Below, piece by piece: positions 50,890 to 59,840 of a stretch of 64,000 nucleotides of DNA. The position numbers and the translations under genes are program-made. Origin of the DNA: Candidatus Kaiserbacteria bacterium. GTDB taxonomy: Bacteria > Patescibacteriota > Minisyncoccia > Phycocordibacterales > Phycocordibacteraceae. The stretch covers positions 42,883 to 106,882 of the forward strand of contig JAPLWI010000008.1 in the NCBI GenBank assembly GCA_026396675.1. Reading direction: 5' to 3'. The notes under the pieces are model-generated. The model worked only from the letters and a program-made list of their open reading frames with translations. It made no database searches and was not told the origin of the DNA. Each line of letters begins with the position of its first letter. Positions within the stretch are counted from its first letter, which is position 1.

Positions 50890-50949
50890 CTACTACCAAG
50901 TGAGCCGAATAACAAAAACATTCTTATGTATTTGTTTGAGGCAAGCGCA
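50890..50949. repeat. 60-nt structured dispersed repeat, copy 2
   Basis: Aligns with 36262-36322. Confidence 0.8.
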
Positions 50950-50991
50950 GGTAGAAAGCTTGGCTTTGCAAGCTTACCACTTATAGAAAAA

Positions 50992-51258
50992 CTATTTCTT
51001 CAAACCAAGCTTTTTGATAACGGCGTTGTAGCGACGTTTATCATTTGATTCAAGGTAGCGAAGATGTGAACGGCGATCGGCAACCATTTGGAGAAGCCCG
51101 CGACGAGAATGGATATCTTTCGGGTTTTTCTTCAAATGCTTGGCGAGTTCGTCAATTTGTTTGGAAAGAAGCGCGACCTGAACATCCGGCGAGCCGGTGT
51201 CAGCATCGTGCCGAGCAATATTCTTAATAACTACGGCTTTTTTCTTCGTGGTAAGCAT
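50992..51258 (-). CDS. rpsO: 30S ribosomal protein S15
   Basis: DTGSPDVQVALL...KDIHSRRGLL. Confidence 0.97.
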   Translation of the reverse strand: MLTTKKKAVVIKNIARHDADTGSPDVQVALLSKQIDELAKHLKKNPKDIHSRRGLLQMVADRRSHLRYLESNDKRRYNAVIKKLGLKK

Positions 51259-51360
51259 GTGCGTTTACCTTACCACGGCTTGTGAAATTGTGCAAGCCGA
51301 AGGTGCCGACCGTATTCGGGAGGCATAATGTCGCACAATATTCGGTGTTAGAATAGAAGA

Positions 51361-52260
51361 ATGGAAGCAGAACCTGCAAAACGACAATTTTTGGAATACA
51401 TAGAGATTGAACGCGGGCGCGCGGTGAAAACAATTGAAAATTATGACCAGTATCTTACGCGCTACTTCATGCAGATGAACATAAAGAGTGTCGGTGATAT
51501 CAGTGAGCAGAATATCCGCGAATTCCGTCTCTGGTTAAATCGCCAGCCCGGCACTGGCAACGGTTCGATGAAACGCCGCACGCAGAATTACTATATGATC
51601 GCGCTCCGCGCGTTCTTAAAGTTTCTGCGTAAACGAGGAATTGAATGTATCTCGCCAGAACGCATAGAACTAGCCAAACTCCCTGAGCGGGAGCTCGATC
51701 TTATCTCACCCGCTGAACTTCAGCGGCTTCTCGCGTCGGCAGACGGCGCCGAAGAACGCGGTCTCCGCGATAAAGCGATACTTGAACTTTTTTTCTCCAC
51801 AGGTCTTCGTGTTTCGGAACTCTGTGCGCTTGATTGTGACCTTGATCTCACCCAAGATTCTTTTTCTGTGCGCGGCAAGGGCGAAAAAGTGCGAGTCGTC
51901 TTCCTCTCCCCCGCTGCTAAGAGTGCTGTCGCCGCATATCTCAAAGCGCGAAAGGATATGGCGGAGGCGCTTTTTGTAAATATTAGAAGCGATAAAGCGA
52001 TTCCGACTCGTCTAACACCACGCTCGGTAGAGCGCATCATAAAAAAATATGCAATGAAAGCCGGCATCACAAAAAAAATGACCCCGCACGTCCTCCGCCA
52101 CGTCTTCGCCACCGATTTACTCAACAACGGCGCCGACATTCGTTCCGTCCAACAACTCCTCGGCCACGCTTCAATCAACACAACGCAGATTTACACGCAC
52201 ATAACGGACTCTCATTTGCGAGAAATCCACAAAAAATATCACAATAAAAACAGTAGTTGA
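51361..52260 (+). CDS. XerC/XerD-like tyrosine recombinase
   Basis: TGLRVSEL, VRGKG.K.R, PHVLRH.FAT, LLGHASINTTQIYTH. Confidence 0.93.
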   Translation: MEAEPAKRQFLEYIEIERGRAVKTIENYDQYLTRYFMQMNIKSVGDISEQNIREFRLWLNRQPGTGNGSMKRRTQNYYMIALRAFLKFLRKRGIECISPERIELAKLPERELDLISPAELQRLLASADGAEERGLRDKAILELFFSTGLRVSELCALDCDLDLTQDSFSVRGKGEKVRVVFLSPAAKSAVAAYLKARKDMAEALFVNIRSDKAIPTRLTPRSVERIIKKYAMKAGITKKMTPHVLRHVFATDLLNNGADIRSVQQLLGHASINTTQIYTHITDSHLREIHKKYHNKNSS

Positions 52261-52262
52261 TT

Positions 52263-53291
52263 CTATTTTCCGACCCTTTCAACCATAAACTTTACCGCAT
52301 CATCCATATTTATCGGTTGAATTTCTATGTGCGGATATTTTTCTTTAAACACTCTAAATATTTCATCAGAAAAAGCTTGCCCGATCATGGGCACATTATC
52401 AAAATCCAAAATTATGGAGTCAAATTTATCCAAACCATCAAGAATTCTTCGAGCTTGAGAACGGGATATATGTACACCATCTCCAGAAGTATAGAGTTTT
52501 ACCTTAATTTCAGTTTTGTTGAATGCAAAATCTGTGCCCACGCTGAATTCCCTGAAGAGGGCACTCAAGTGCCTGTTAGATTTTACATCGATTGTAAATA
52601 CGACTCTTGTTCCTCTTTTTAATGCAGGACGTTTTTTGTAGAACAGTTCGCGAGTTTTGTTATTAATCACTAGGATATATCCATAACTCTCAAGAGTGAA
52701 AACATCCCCTGCTTTGGATGTAAAGAAGATTCCTTGGCCGGAATGTGATTTTGGCATTGTTGTCGTCTTACCTTTCAGGAGATCCTGCATGGCTTCAATC
52801 TCTGTCCTCAACTTTTTTTCGCGCATAACATTTCTAAACACACCGATTCCAAAATCGTTAACAATAAAATTTAACTTGCGATTTTGAACCGACATCTCCA
52901 CTTCAATGTATTTAGACTTAGAGTGTTCAATAGCGTTATTCACCATTTCAGAGAATGAGTAGTTCAAGATGCTTTTGATGTTTTCTGGAAGCAGTCCAAT
53001 GGGAGGATATTGCGCCAGAATATCTGCATAGATTTCATGTTCCTGCAATTTATAATTCTTGATTCGCTTGCTTATTTTTGTAGGAAAAGATCCATTTTCA
53101 TTTACCGATTCGGACAAAAGATAGTAAGCCGCACTTGTCGATCCAACTTTAATAAGCTTGCCTTTCGCAACAAGATCGTTGATCAGCACTACTGCGTATT
53201 GCCTAGAAACCCTAAATAAAGCAACAACATCGCTACTTCTGAGCTTCTTTTTGATTCTTGCTATTTTTACTATCTCCAGTTCTCTATCCAT
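52263..53291 (-). CDS. wHTH plus HATPase plus STAS-like (DUF4325-type) protein
   Basis: EMVNNAIEHS, DFGIG, HSGQGIFF, SRSQARR...LDF..V..IGQAFSDEIF. Confidence 0.75.
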   Translation of the reverse strand: MDRELEIVKIARIKKKLRSSDVVALFRVSRQYAVVLINDLVAKGKLIKVGSTSAAYYLLSESVNENGSFPTKISKRIKNYKLQEHEIYADILAQYPPIGLLPENIKSILNYSFSEMVNNAIEHSKSKYIEVEMSVQNRKLNFIVNDFGIGVFRNVMREKKLRTEIEAMQDLLKGKTTTMPKSHSGQGIFFTSKAGDVFTLESYGYILVINNKTRELFYKKRPALKRGTRVVFTIDVKSNRHLSALFREFSVGTDFAFNKTEIKVKLYTSGDGVHISRSQARRILDGLDKFDSIILDFDNVPMIGQAFSDEIFRVFKEKYPHIEIQPINMDDAVKFMVERVGK

Positions 53292-53319
53292 ACCACTATG
53301 ATATTCCAGTGTTTATTGG

Positions 53320-53360
53320 TTGTCAACCACTTTTAAATTCATTGTAAACTGATTGTAAAC
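53320..53360. promoter_or_regulatory. Direct-repeat operator-like element upstream of the 52263-53291 gene
   Basis: TTGTCAAC, then TTGTAAAC twice at 11-nt period. Confidence 0.45.
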
Positions 53361-53365
53361 AACTC

Positions 53366-53434
53366 TACACTCACATCACCGACGCGCACCTGCGCGAGGT
53401 GCATAAGAAATATCACTCAAACGGGAGTCAGTAA
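53366..53434 (+). pseudogene. Leftover duplicate of the xer 3' end
   Basis: YTHITDAHLREVHKKYHSNGSQ* versus active YTHITDSHLREIHKKYHNKNSS*. Confidence 0.92.
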
Positions 53435-54369
53435 TGTTTTAAAGCCAATTTAATTTTCGGATTGTTATACCAGTCTTTATCTTCAAAATACGCATCTGGC
53501 CCATCCTTTATAATTTTTTCCGTTGCTTTCCTCCCATCCTCAATTCCACTTGAAAAAAGACTGTAGGCCATAAAGCGATTTTTTCTAACAATTGCCTCTA
53601 CCACATCTTTATCTTCCGCAAGATTTGAACGCTCTGCCAGATTTCTTAAGTAGCTATATCCACCAGAATCGTGATCATATTCGTCATTAATTGGCATAGA
53701 ATTTATTATTTCAAGCACTATGTTTTTAGAATAAACCTTGCCTCTATCATATGCCAACAGAGGAGATAAGGCACCAGGATTGCCCATTCCTTTCACATAG
53801 CGCAAAATCATTGCGTCATTATTCAGAAAATCAATTGCCTTATCATCACGCATAGTTTGAAACATAAGGTTATAATCCCCTGCCTTTCCTCCTAATTTTT
53901 TAAACCGAGCAATATAATCATCCATCTTCTCTTCCGGAGACTTTTCGCCTTGTTCCTTGTTTTCTGCTACTACTGGTTCTTCCTTATCAACCGTCATTGA
54001 CTCAGTTTTTTCCATTGCTGGAGGTTGCACATTCCCACCCTTAAGCTTTTCCAAAATTTCTGCTGCTTCTTTTTGGGACTTTTCTGCGTCCAATTTCGCC
54101 TGCTCGGCAAGTGCCGCTTCCCTGCCTGCTTTTTCTTCTGCGGCTTTTGCTTCGTCAATCCCTTTATTGATTTCCAATGCTTCTTCTTGAGCATTGCCCA
54201 TCATTTCAACTTTTGCCGTTTCCATACTTTTTGCCTCTTGTGCTAGTTCTGCAACCTTTCCATAATCCCCTGCCGCAACAGCATCGGTAAGTTCCTGTTT
54301 CTTTTGTGCAATACCTGCTTCATTTTCATCAAAGACCTCTCGCGAGCTTGTTGGATTTTCGTTGGACAT
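53428..54369 (-). CDS. Low-GC hypothetical protein with coiled-coil N-terminus
   Basis: Long ORF, E/A/K-rich. Confidence 0.7.
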   Translation of the reverse strand: MSNENPTSSREVFDENEAGIAQKKQELTDAVAAGDYGKVAELAQEAKSMETAKVEMMGNAQEEALEINKGIDEAKAAEEKAGREAALAEQAKLDAEKSQKEAAEILEKLKGGNVQPPAMEKTESMTVDKEEPVVAENKEQGEKSPEEKMDDYIARFKKLGGKAGDYNLMFQTMRDDKAIDFLNNDAMILRYVKGMGNPGALSPLLAYDRGKVYSKNIVLEIINSMPINDEYDHDSGGYSYLRNLAERSNLAEDKDVVEAIVRKNRFMAYSLFSSGIEDGRKATEKIIKDGPDAYFEDKDWYNNPKIKLALKHY

Positions 54370-54450
54370 AAGTTTGTTATTTAATCCCTTGAGAATACCA
54401 ATGGGGGGGCAAAACGCAATGTGGTTCTGCACTGCCGATCAAATTGGGTT

Positions 54451-54735
54451 TTATTCGCCGAACAGTTCTGGGTGCGTACCAATTTCAGAGATAGTAACAA
54501 TCCCCGCTTCATCATTGCGTTTGTATATCAATAACAAGTTAAATCCCAAGTGACACTCTCTAAAACTCGCGAATTCCCCATGAAGTTGGTGGTCTTTAAA
54601 CCTCTCTGGAAGCGGATTCCCTTGCTCAAGACAATTAAGGACTGAATTGAAAACAGAAGAATTGAATGTGCCAGAATACCTTAATTTCTTTAAACGCCTT
54701 CGCGCCGAGATAGAAAGCGATACAGAATAGATCAT
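54451..54735 (-). CDS. yafQ: YafQ/RelE family toxin
   Basis: LPERFKDHQLHG....RECH....LLLIY...IGTHPELF. Confidence 0.88.
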   Translation of the reverse strand: MIYSVSLSISARRRLKKLRYSGTFNSSVFNSVLNCLEQGNPLPERFKDHQLHGEFASFRECHLGFNLLLIYKRNDEAGIVTISEIGTHPELFGE

Positions 54736-55016
54736 TGGAAGAATTCTTTCATTATCTCCTTCGCGGTATATCGTTTACCATGCTTCTCCGCGTATTCCGT
54801 TTCGCGAATAACGCGTGCTTCAAACTCGGGCGTGAAGCCATTTATTGTGCGTGGCGTAAACGGCATCGCCTTGTCTTGGACAACGCGAGAAAGGTACATA
54901 TTGATACCGGTCGAGAGATCGAATCCCATCTGCTTGAATACGCGCTGTGCGGCGAGTTTCGTCGCTTTGTCGGTCCGCACGTTCACCACTGCTTTTGCGA
55001 TTGTTTTGGTAGCCAT
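54732..55016 (-). CDS. RelB/DinJ family antitoxin
   Basis: VNVRTD...K..A..VFKQMG.DLSTGINMYL......MPF. Confidence 0.88.
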   Translation of the reverse strand: MATKTIAKAVVNVRTDKATKLAAQRVFKQMGFDLSTGINMYLSRVVQDKAMPFTPRTINGFTPEFEARVIRETEYAEKHGKRYTAKEIMKEFFQ

Positions 55017-55099
55017 ACGGATAGTATACACATTGTATATACAAATGCAATCATACCTGTGCATAAGAAATAAAATGATTAAGGTATACAATAGTTTCT

Positions 55100-55867
55100 A
55101 TGAAAATCGTCTCGTGGAATGTGAATGGATTGCGCTCGCTCGCAAAAAATGGCTATTGGGAAGCATTTTTGAAAGGCACGAAGCCGGACATATTCTGCCT
55201 TCAAGAGACGAAAGCGAGTCCTGAACAAGTGCCGGATGAGTTGCGCGAAGTTGCCGGATTTTCTTCTTTCTTCTCATCTTCGCAAACAAAAAAGGGTTAT
55301 AGCGGCGTCGCGCTTTATTCAAAAATCGAACCATTGTCCGTTATTTACGGTATGGGAATAAAAGAATTTGATCATGAAGGTCGGATTATCGGCGCAGAAT
55401 ACGAAGATTTTTGGCTCTTGAACGTCTACTTCCCTAATGGCGGAATGGGTCCTCATCGTCTCGACTACAAAATGCGTTTTTACGATGCCTTTCTTTCATT
55501 TGCAGAAAAATTACGGAAGAAAAAGCCAGTTATTTTTTGCGGCGATATCAATACCGCTCATGAAGAAATCGACCTTGCGAGACCAAAAGAAAATGAGGGG
55601 AATACTGGCTTTTTGCCTCAAGAACGTGCCTGGATCGATGAGGTTGTGAACGCCGGATATGTTGATTCATTTCGACATTCCAACCCACATCGGACAGGGG
55701 CATACACATGGTGGGATATGAAGTTTCGCGCTCGCGATAGAAATGCCGGATGGCGTTTTGATTACTTTTTTGTTGCAAATGAATTTTTAAAACGAATTAA
55801 AAAAGCGGAAATTCATAGCGAGATTTACGGCTCAGACCACTGCCCTATTTCCATCACTGTGTCATAA
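55100..55867 (+). CDS. xth: Exodeoxyribonuclease III
   Basis: SWNVNGLR, LQETK, GDINTAH, GSDHCP. Confidence 0.96.
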   Translation: MKIVSWNVNGLRSLAKNGYWEAFLKGTKPDIFCLQETKASPEQVPDELREVAGFSSFFSSSQTKKGYSGVALYSKIEPLSVIYGMGIKEFDHEGRIIGAEYEDFWLLNVYFPNGGMGPHRLDYKMRFYDAFLSFAEKLRKKKPVIFCGDINTAHEEIDLARPKENEGNTGFLPQERAWIDEVVNAGYVDSFRHSNPHRTGAYTWWDMKFRARDRNAGWRFDYFFVANEFLKRIKKAEIHSEIYGSDHCPISITVS

Positions 55868-55882
55868 AGGACATTTGTAAAA

Positions 55883-55891
55883 GTTATCCAC
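55883..55891 (+). promoter_or_regulatory. Single consensus DnaA box
   Basis: TTATCCACA. Confidence 0.4.
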
Positions 55892-56075
55892 AGGGTGTCC
55901 TTTACATTGTCCTTTATCGTCGCTATTCTTCACAAAGGAAGGAGAAGGTGGTTCATTACTTCGGTAAGGTGTCGCCTTCGCAGTTGATCTTTTATAGCTC
56001 TTTCGCTGTCCGTGTTTTCTTTCTGGCTCCTGCCTACGCTCGCGACGATTCGCACATACAAGCCCTTCGGCACGG

Positions 56076-57114
56076 TGTTCCACATGGAACGCATGGCTAG
56101 CACAAAACAAAGCCGCCCGACCCTTTTCTCGGGCTGGAAGCACCATTCACTTACGCCCCTGCTCCTTTTTTGCTTCTGGCCACCTTCTTGGTTAGGCGGT
56201 TTTTTGTTTCGCGTGAGACAGATTTCACACTTAACTAGCTCACTCCATGCTTTTTCATTATATGCTTTATTTCCTCATTTTCTTCAGCTTCCTTACGCTC
56301 TTCCCCTGCCTTTCCGAGCCTTTGTAACTCATTTTCAGGCATTTCAAGTAGTTCGTCAGTTCGCTTATCGAGATATTCCTCTGTATTTAAATCGGCGTTA
56401 TCAAGAACTTCTTCGAGAAGGGCATTTAATAAATAGCCGATCTTCGGCCCCGGTTTCTCGTGGAACTTTTCCATTATGCGATTTCCATCCGTTTTGAGCC
56501 TAGAAACAGAAATTGGATCATGGAGGGCTTGTTCTACCAATGCCTTATACTTACGAAACCGAAATGGTTGCTCTTTTGGTCGACCCATCCCGATACGGTC
56601 GCACATTCTAAGATTAAGCAGATCCCAGATATTCTCCTCGCCGACGTTGGTTATCATACGACGCACTGCTGATAGAGTAATTTGATCGGGATCCGAAAAA
56701 AACATGTGCCAGCGGACCAATTTTACGACCTTATCAATTGTTTCGCGTGGGAAGCGTAGATTTTCAAGGATTTTCTTTGTTTCGCGTGAACCAACAACTT
56801 CATGGCCATGGAAGCTCCAATCATCTTTTTCATCTGAATGACGGCGCGTTTCTGTCTTTGATATATCATGGAATAGGGCAGCGAGACGAATTTCCAAATT
56901 AAAATTTTTATCCGCCGCATGCTGTAAGGAACGAACAAGATGTTCAAAAACATCGTAACTATGTGCTTGATTCTGTCCTATACCAAAAGAATCGGCTAGT
57001 TTCGGAATTATGAATTCAAGGATACCAAGCCGTTGCGCCAGAATAAGAGCATTCATCGGCTGACTTGATTCTAATATTCTTACAAATTCGTCTCGAATCC
57101 TTTCACATGAAACA
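56076..57114. other. Cluster of parS-like sites
   Basis: Six 16-mers resembling TGTTTCACGTGAAACA at 56076, 56205, 56452, 56739, 56778 and 57099. Confidence 0.6.
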
Positions 57115-57698
57115 TGGCCTAAATGCTTGCTATTTTCGCTTATCGCCATTGCTGTATCACCATCTATTCCAAAATTTAACTCGGCAACAAAGCGAACGGC
57201 GCGTAAGAGACGCAAAGCATCCTCTTCAAAACGTTCACTCGGATTCCCGACTGCGCGAACTATTTTGTCCTTTATGTCCTTTTGACCTTCATAGGGATCT
57301 ATAATTTGTCCTTTTGATTCATCGAGGGCGATGGCGTTGATCGTGAAGTCCCTCCGAGCGAGATCTTCAAGAAGGGAAGTGCCGAATTCAACTTTATCCG
57401 GCCTACGTTTATCGGAATATTTGGATTCAATACGGTAAGGAGTGACTTCAACAATAGCCAGTCGTTCGTCTTCAGAATTCGTCTTTACTCCAACCGTCCC
57501 GTAGTCATTTTCATAAAAGGAGTCGGGGAATACTGCCTGGATTTGTTCTGGCGTTGCGTTGGTAGTAATATCCCAGTCCTTTGGTTCCTTTCCGACAAGG
57601 AGATCGCGAACGCACCCGCCAACAAGATATGCCTCGAATCCGGCATTTCGCAGTTTCGCGGAGACGGTCGAAATTTCTTTTGGGATGCGATACGACAT
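56235..57698 (-). CDS. cca: CCA tRNA nucleotidyltransferase with HD domain
   Basis: YLVGGCVRD, DWDITT, DLARRDFTINA, EDALRLLRA. Confidence 0.9.
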   Translation of the reverse strand: MSYRIPKEISTVSAKLRNAGFEAYLVGGCVRDLLVGKEPKDWDITTNATPEQIQAVFPDSFYENDYGTVGVKTNSEDERLAIVEVTPYRIESKYSDKRRPDKVEFGTSLLEDLARRDFTINAIALDESKGQIIDPYEGQKDIKDKIVRAVGNPSERFEEDALRLLRAVRFVAELNFGIDGDTAMAISENSKHLGHVSCERIRDEFVRILESSQPMNALILAQRLGILEFIIPKLADSFGIGQNQAHSYDVFEHLVRSLQHAADKNFNLEIRLAALFHDISKTETRRHSDEKDDWSFHGHEVVGSRETKKILENLRFPRETIDKVVKLVRWHMFFSDPDQITLSAVRRMITNVGEENIWDLLNLRMCDRIGMGRPKEQPFRFRKYKALVEQALHDPISVSRLKTDGNRIMEKFHEKPGPKIGYLLNALLEEVLDNADLNTEEYLDKRTDELLEMPENELQRLGKAGEERKEAEENEEIKHIMKKHGVS

Positions 57699-57758
57699 AA
57701 ATGCATCGTAGCATAACGCATCTGGTTTTTTACTGCCCGTGCCGTAGTATGGAGATAC

Positions 57759-57830
57759 GCCCCGATGGTGAAATGGATATCACGACTGACTTCGGATCAG
57801 TTATTCTGGGTTCGAATCCTGGTCGGGGCA
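57759..57830 (+). tRNA. tRNA-Arg(TCG)
   Basis: Cloverleaf; anticodon arm ACTGA-CTTCGGA-TCAGT; GGTTCGAATCC. Confidence 0.92.
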
Positions 57831-57876
57831 CAAACTGGTAAACAGATGGAAGTGCGTGGTACTATGTCGCCTAGAA

Positions 57877-57950
57877 GCGGGCATGGTTCAGTGGTAGAAC
57901 GCGTCCTTGCCAAGGACGAGACGGGAGTCCGATTCTCCCTGCCCGCACCA
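57877..57950 (+). tRNA. tRNA-Gly(GCC)
   Basis: CGTCC-TTGCCAA-GGACG; encoded CCA. Confidence 0.93.
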
Positions 57951-58117
57951 CTTCGTCACTAGGAAACTCGGGACTACGCGGTGCACAGCACTAGAAAATG
58001 TGATTTCAAAACGACTTTTGCTCTGTGTATAACATGGGGGATACTGGGGATAAAGGACAGGGGACTTTTGGAGAAGTCCGTGAAATAATAAGCAAGTAAG
58101 CCGTATCTATAAAAGGC

Positions 58118-58513
58118 ATGAATATTTCTTCTTTCACACGAAAAGAGGTTGGGAATCTGGGCGAGAGTGTTGCCTGCGAGTATCTTAGACGACATGGTTT
58201 TAAGATCTTGGATCGCAATATCGCACGAAAAACAGGGGAGCTAGATGTCGTCGCGAAGAAAGAAGATACGCTTCATTTCGTTGAAGTGAAGACGATTCTT
58301 GCTGACGAATTTCCTCAAACAGAGAAGGTGAAAGATGATTACGATCCTTCATTAAACTTACACGAAGCGAAAGTGCGGAAAGTTGCAAGAACTGGCGAGT
58401 GGTATGTCCTTGAGAAAAAATGGGAGGGGGAGTGGCAGGTGGATGGCTGTCTCGTGTGGCTTCGCCGGAGAGACGGAATGGCGAGGGTTTCGTATTTGCC
58501 GCAAATCGTTTAA
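58118..58513 (+). CDS. yraN: YraN family (UPF0102) protein
   Basis: GNLGESVACEYL..GF.ILDRN...GELDVVA...FVEVKT. Confidence 0.9.
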   Translation: MNISSFTRKEVGNLGESVACEYLRRHGFKILDRNIARKTGELDVVAKKEDTLHFVEVKTILADEFPQTEKVKDDYDPSLNLHEAKVRKVARTGEWYVLEKKWEGEWQVDGCLVWLRRRDGMARVSYLPQIV

Positions 58514-58548
58514 GAATGGTAATGTGAAGCGAAGCGAAAACGGGCTGT

Positions 58549-58575
58549 GCCCGCCGTAGCTTTAGCGAAGGCGGG
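58549..58575. repeat. Palindromic micro-repeat overlapping tRNA-Pro 5' end
   Basis: GCCCGCCGTAGCTTTAGCGAAGGCGGG. Confidence 0.65.
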
Positions 58576-58642
58576 GCGTAGTATACCGGTAGTACGCTTG
58601 CTTTGGGAGCAAGAAGACCGAGTCCAATTCTCGGCGCCCCGA
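58572..58642 (+). tRNA. tRNA-Pro(TGG)
   Basis: Acceptor CGGGGCG/CGCCCCG; CTTGC-TTTGGGA-GCAAG. Confidence 0.9.
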
Positions 58643-58645
58643 CAA

Positions 58646-59749
58646 CTAAGGTAAATTCGCAGTTATGATCGATTCGAGTTCGGAAATTCGTGGAGCGAAG
58701 TCGGCGACAGCGGTTGCAGGTGATTCGGCGAGAAGAAGATCGAGTGCTTGGCCGGTCTCGCTCGCGTATTCGCCTCGGATATAAGAGGCAGTAATAGCAT
58801 CAAGAGAACGCGTGTCGGTCGTTCCGGTGATTGTGCTCGTTGTGATGGTTCCTACAAGATTCCTAAAAACGTCAGCGACGCCGCCGCCCGAGGAACCCTC
58901 TTGCGCTGCGGCGGAGCCACCGAGCGCAAGAACGTCAATTGTGTTCGTTCCGAAAGTGAGAACATCTTTCACCGAACCGAACACGATCGTAGGGAAGAGT
59001 CCATTCGTTATCTGGCTTGCTTCAAGAAATTGTGAGCCATACGAAGCGATAACAACAGGTGTGTCTTTGGGTGGCGTCGTTGAAAGCGTCATATACGGAA
59101 ATATGGAAGGAAGTTTGCTGTCGGTAGCGGATTTCGTAATAGCGAGAAAAGCGAAATCATATTCTCCGGTTCCGCTCGGCGTCGTTTTTGTTAAAACGGT
59201 CGGATTCGCCTTGAGCCACGCTGGCGAGATGTATGCAAGTGCAGCATTGTAACTATCGGTGGCTGGACTGCCAGAACGGATAGTGCAAGAAACGTCGCGA
59301 TCCGCGAGAAGAAAATATTGCGCGACATGCGCGTTGGTAAGGATGATTCCTTTTGGATCAATTATAACGCCGCTGCCTGAAATGGAGTGAATACCGCTTC
59401 TTGCAGGGGCGTAGCAGATGATGTTTACAAGTGCAGACCGTAATATCAACGCGGAAGTATCTAACGCCGCATTCAGAGCGGCAATCGATTCAGCAGTTGG
59501 CGGTGTTACGGCAACCGCCGCGGGAGTGGATGACGCCGGTATCTTTTTTGAAACGGAAGAATGTGTTTGCACTGAAGTGGTTGCTCCGACGCTTTTGGTC
59601 GAAGCCACGACCACTTCTGGCGTCGTTGGTGAAGCGATGGGAATAATGATAGGAATGCGCGAGACAGTTGTACTGCCTGAAAAGACAGAAATAAAAATGC
59701 CGAGCGCGAGAGCGGCTACAATGCCGAGATATGGCGAAAAGCGGGACAC
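58646..59749 (-). CDS. Membrane-anchored trypsin-like serine protease
   Basis: GSGVII, LTNAHV, DFAFL and GSSGG triad motifs. Confidence 0.85.
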   Translation of the reverse strand: MSRFSPYLGIVAALALGIFISVFSGSTTVSRIPIIIPIASPTTPEVVVASTKSVGATTSVQTHSSVSKKIPASSTPAAVAVTPPTAESIAALNAALDTSALILRSALVNIICYAPARSGIHSISGSGVIIDPKGIILTNAHVAQYFLLADRDVSCTIRSGSPATDSYNAALAYISPAWLKANPTVLTKTTPSGTGEYDFAFLAITKSATDSKLPSIFPYMTLSTTPPKDTPVVIASYGSQFLEASQITNGLFPTIVFGSVKDVLTFGTNTIDVLALGGSAAAQEGSSGGGVADVFRNLVGTITTSTITGTTDTRSLDAITASYIRGEYASETGQALDLLLAESPATAVADFAPRISELESIITANLP

Positions 59750-59840
59750 TATATACACGTTAACTTAAAAAGTGCCCGAAATACAGCAACAGTGGATATC
59801 GAACTGGCGTATATATACTGTACAGATATATAATCTAAAG

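Noticed and set aside
51361-55016. Prophage or ICE integrated by the tyrosine recombinase
   Set aside because: No phage, conjugation or replication genes; the recombinase looks like the housekeeping Xer type.
55883-55891. oriC call from the DnaA box
   Set aside because: Only one consensus box and no dnaA in the window; kept only as supporting context for the parS-like cluster.
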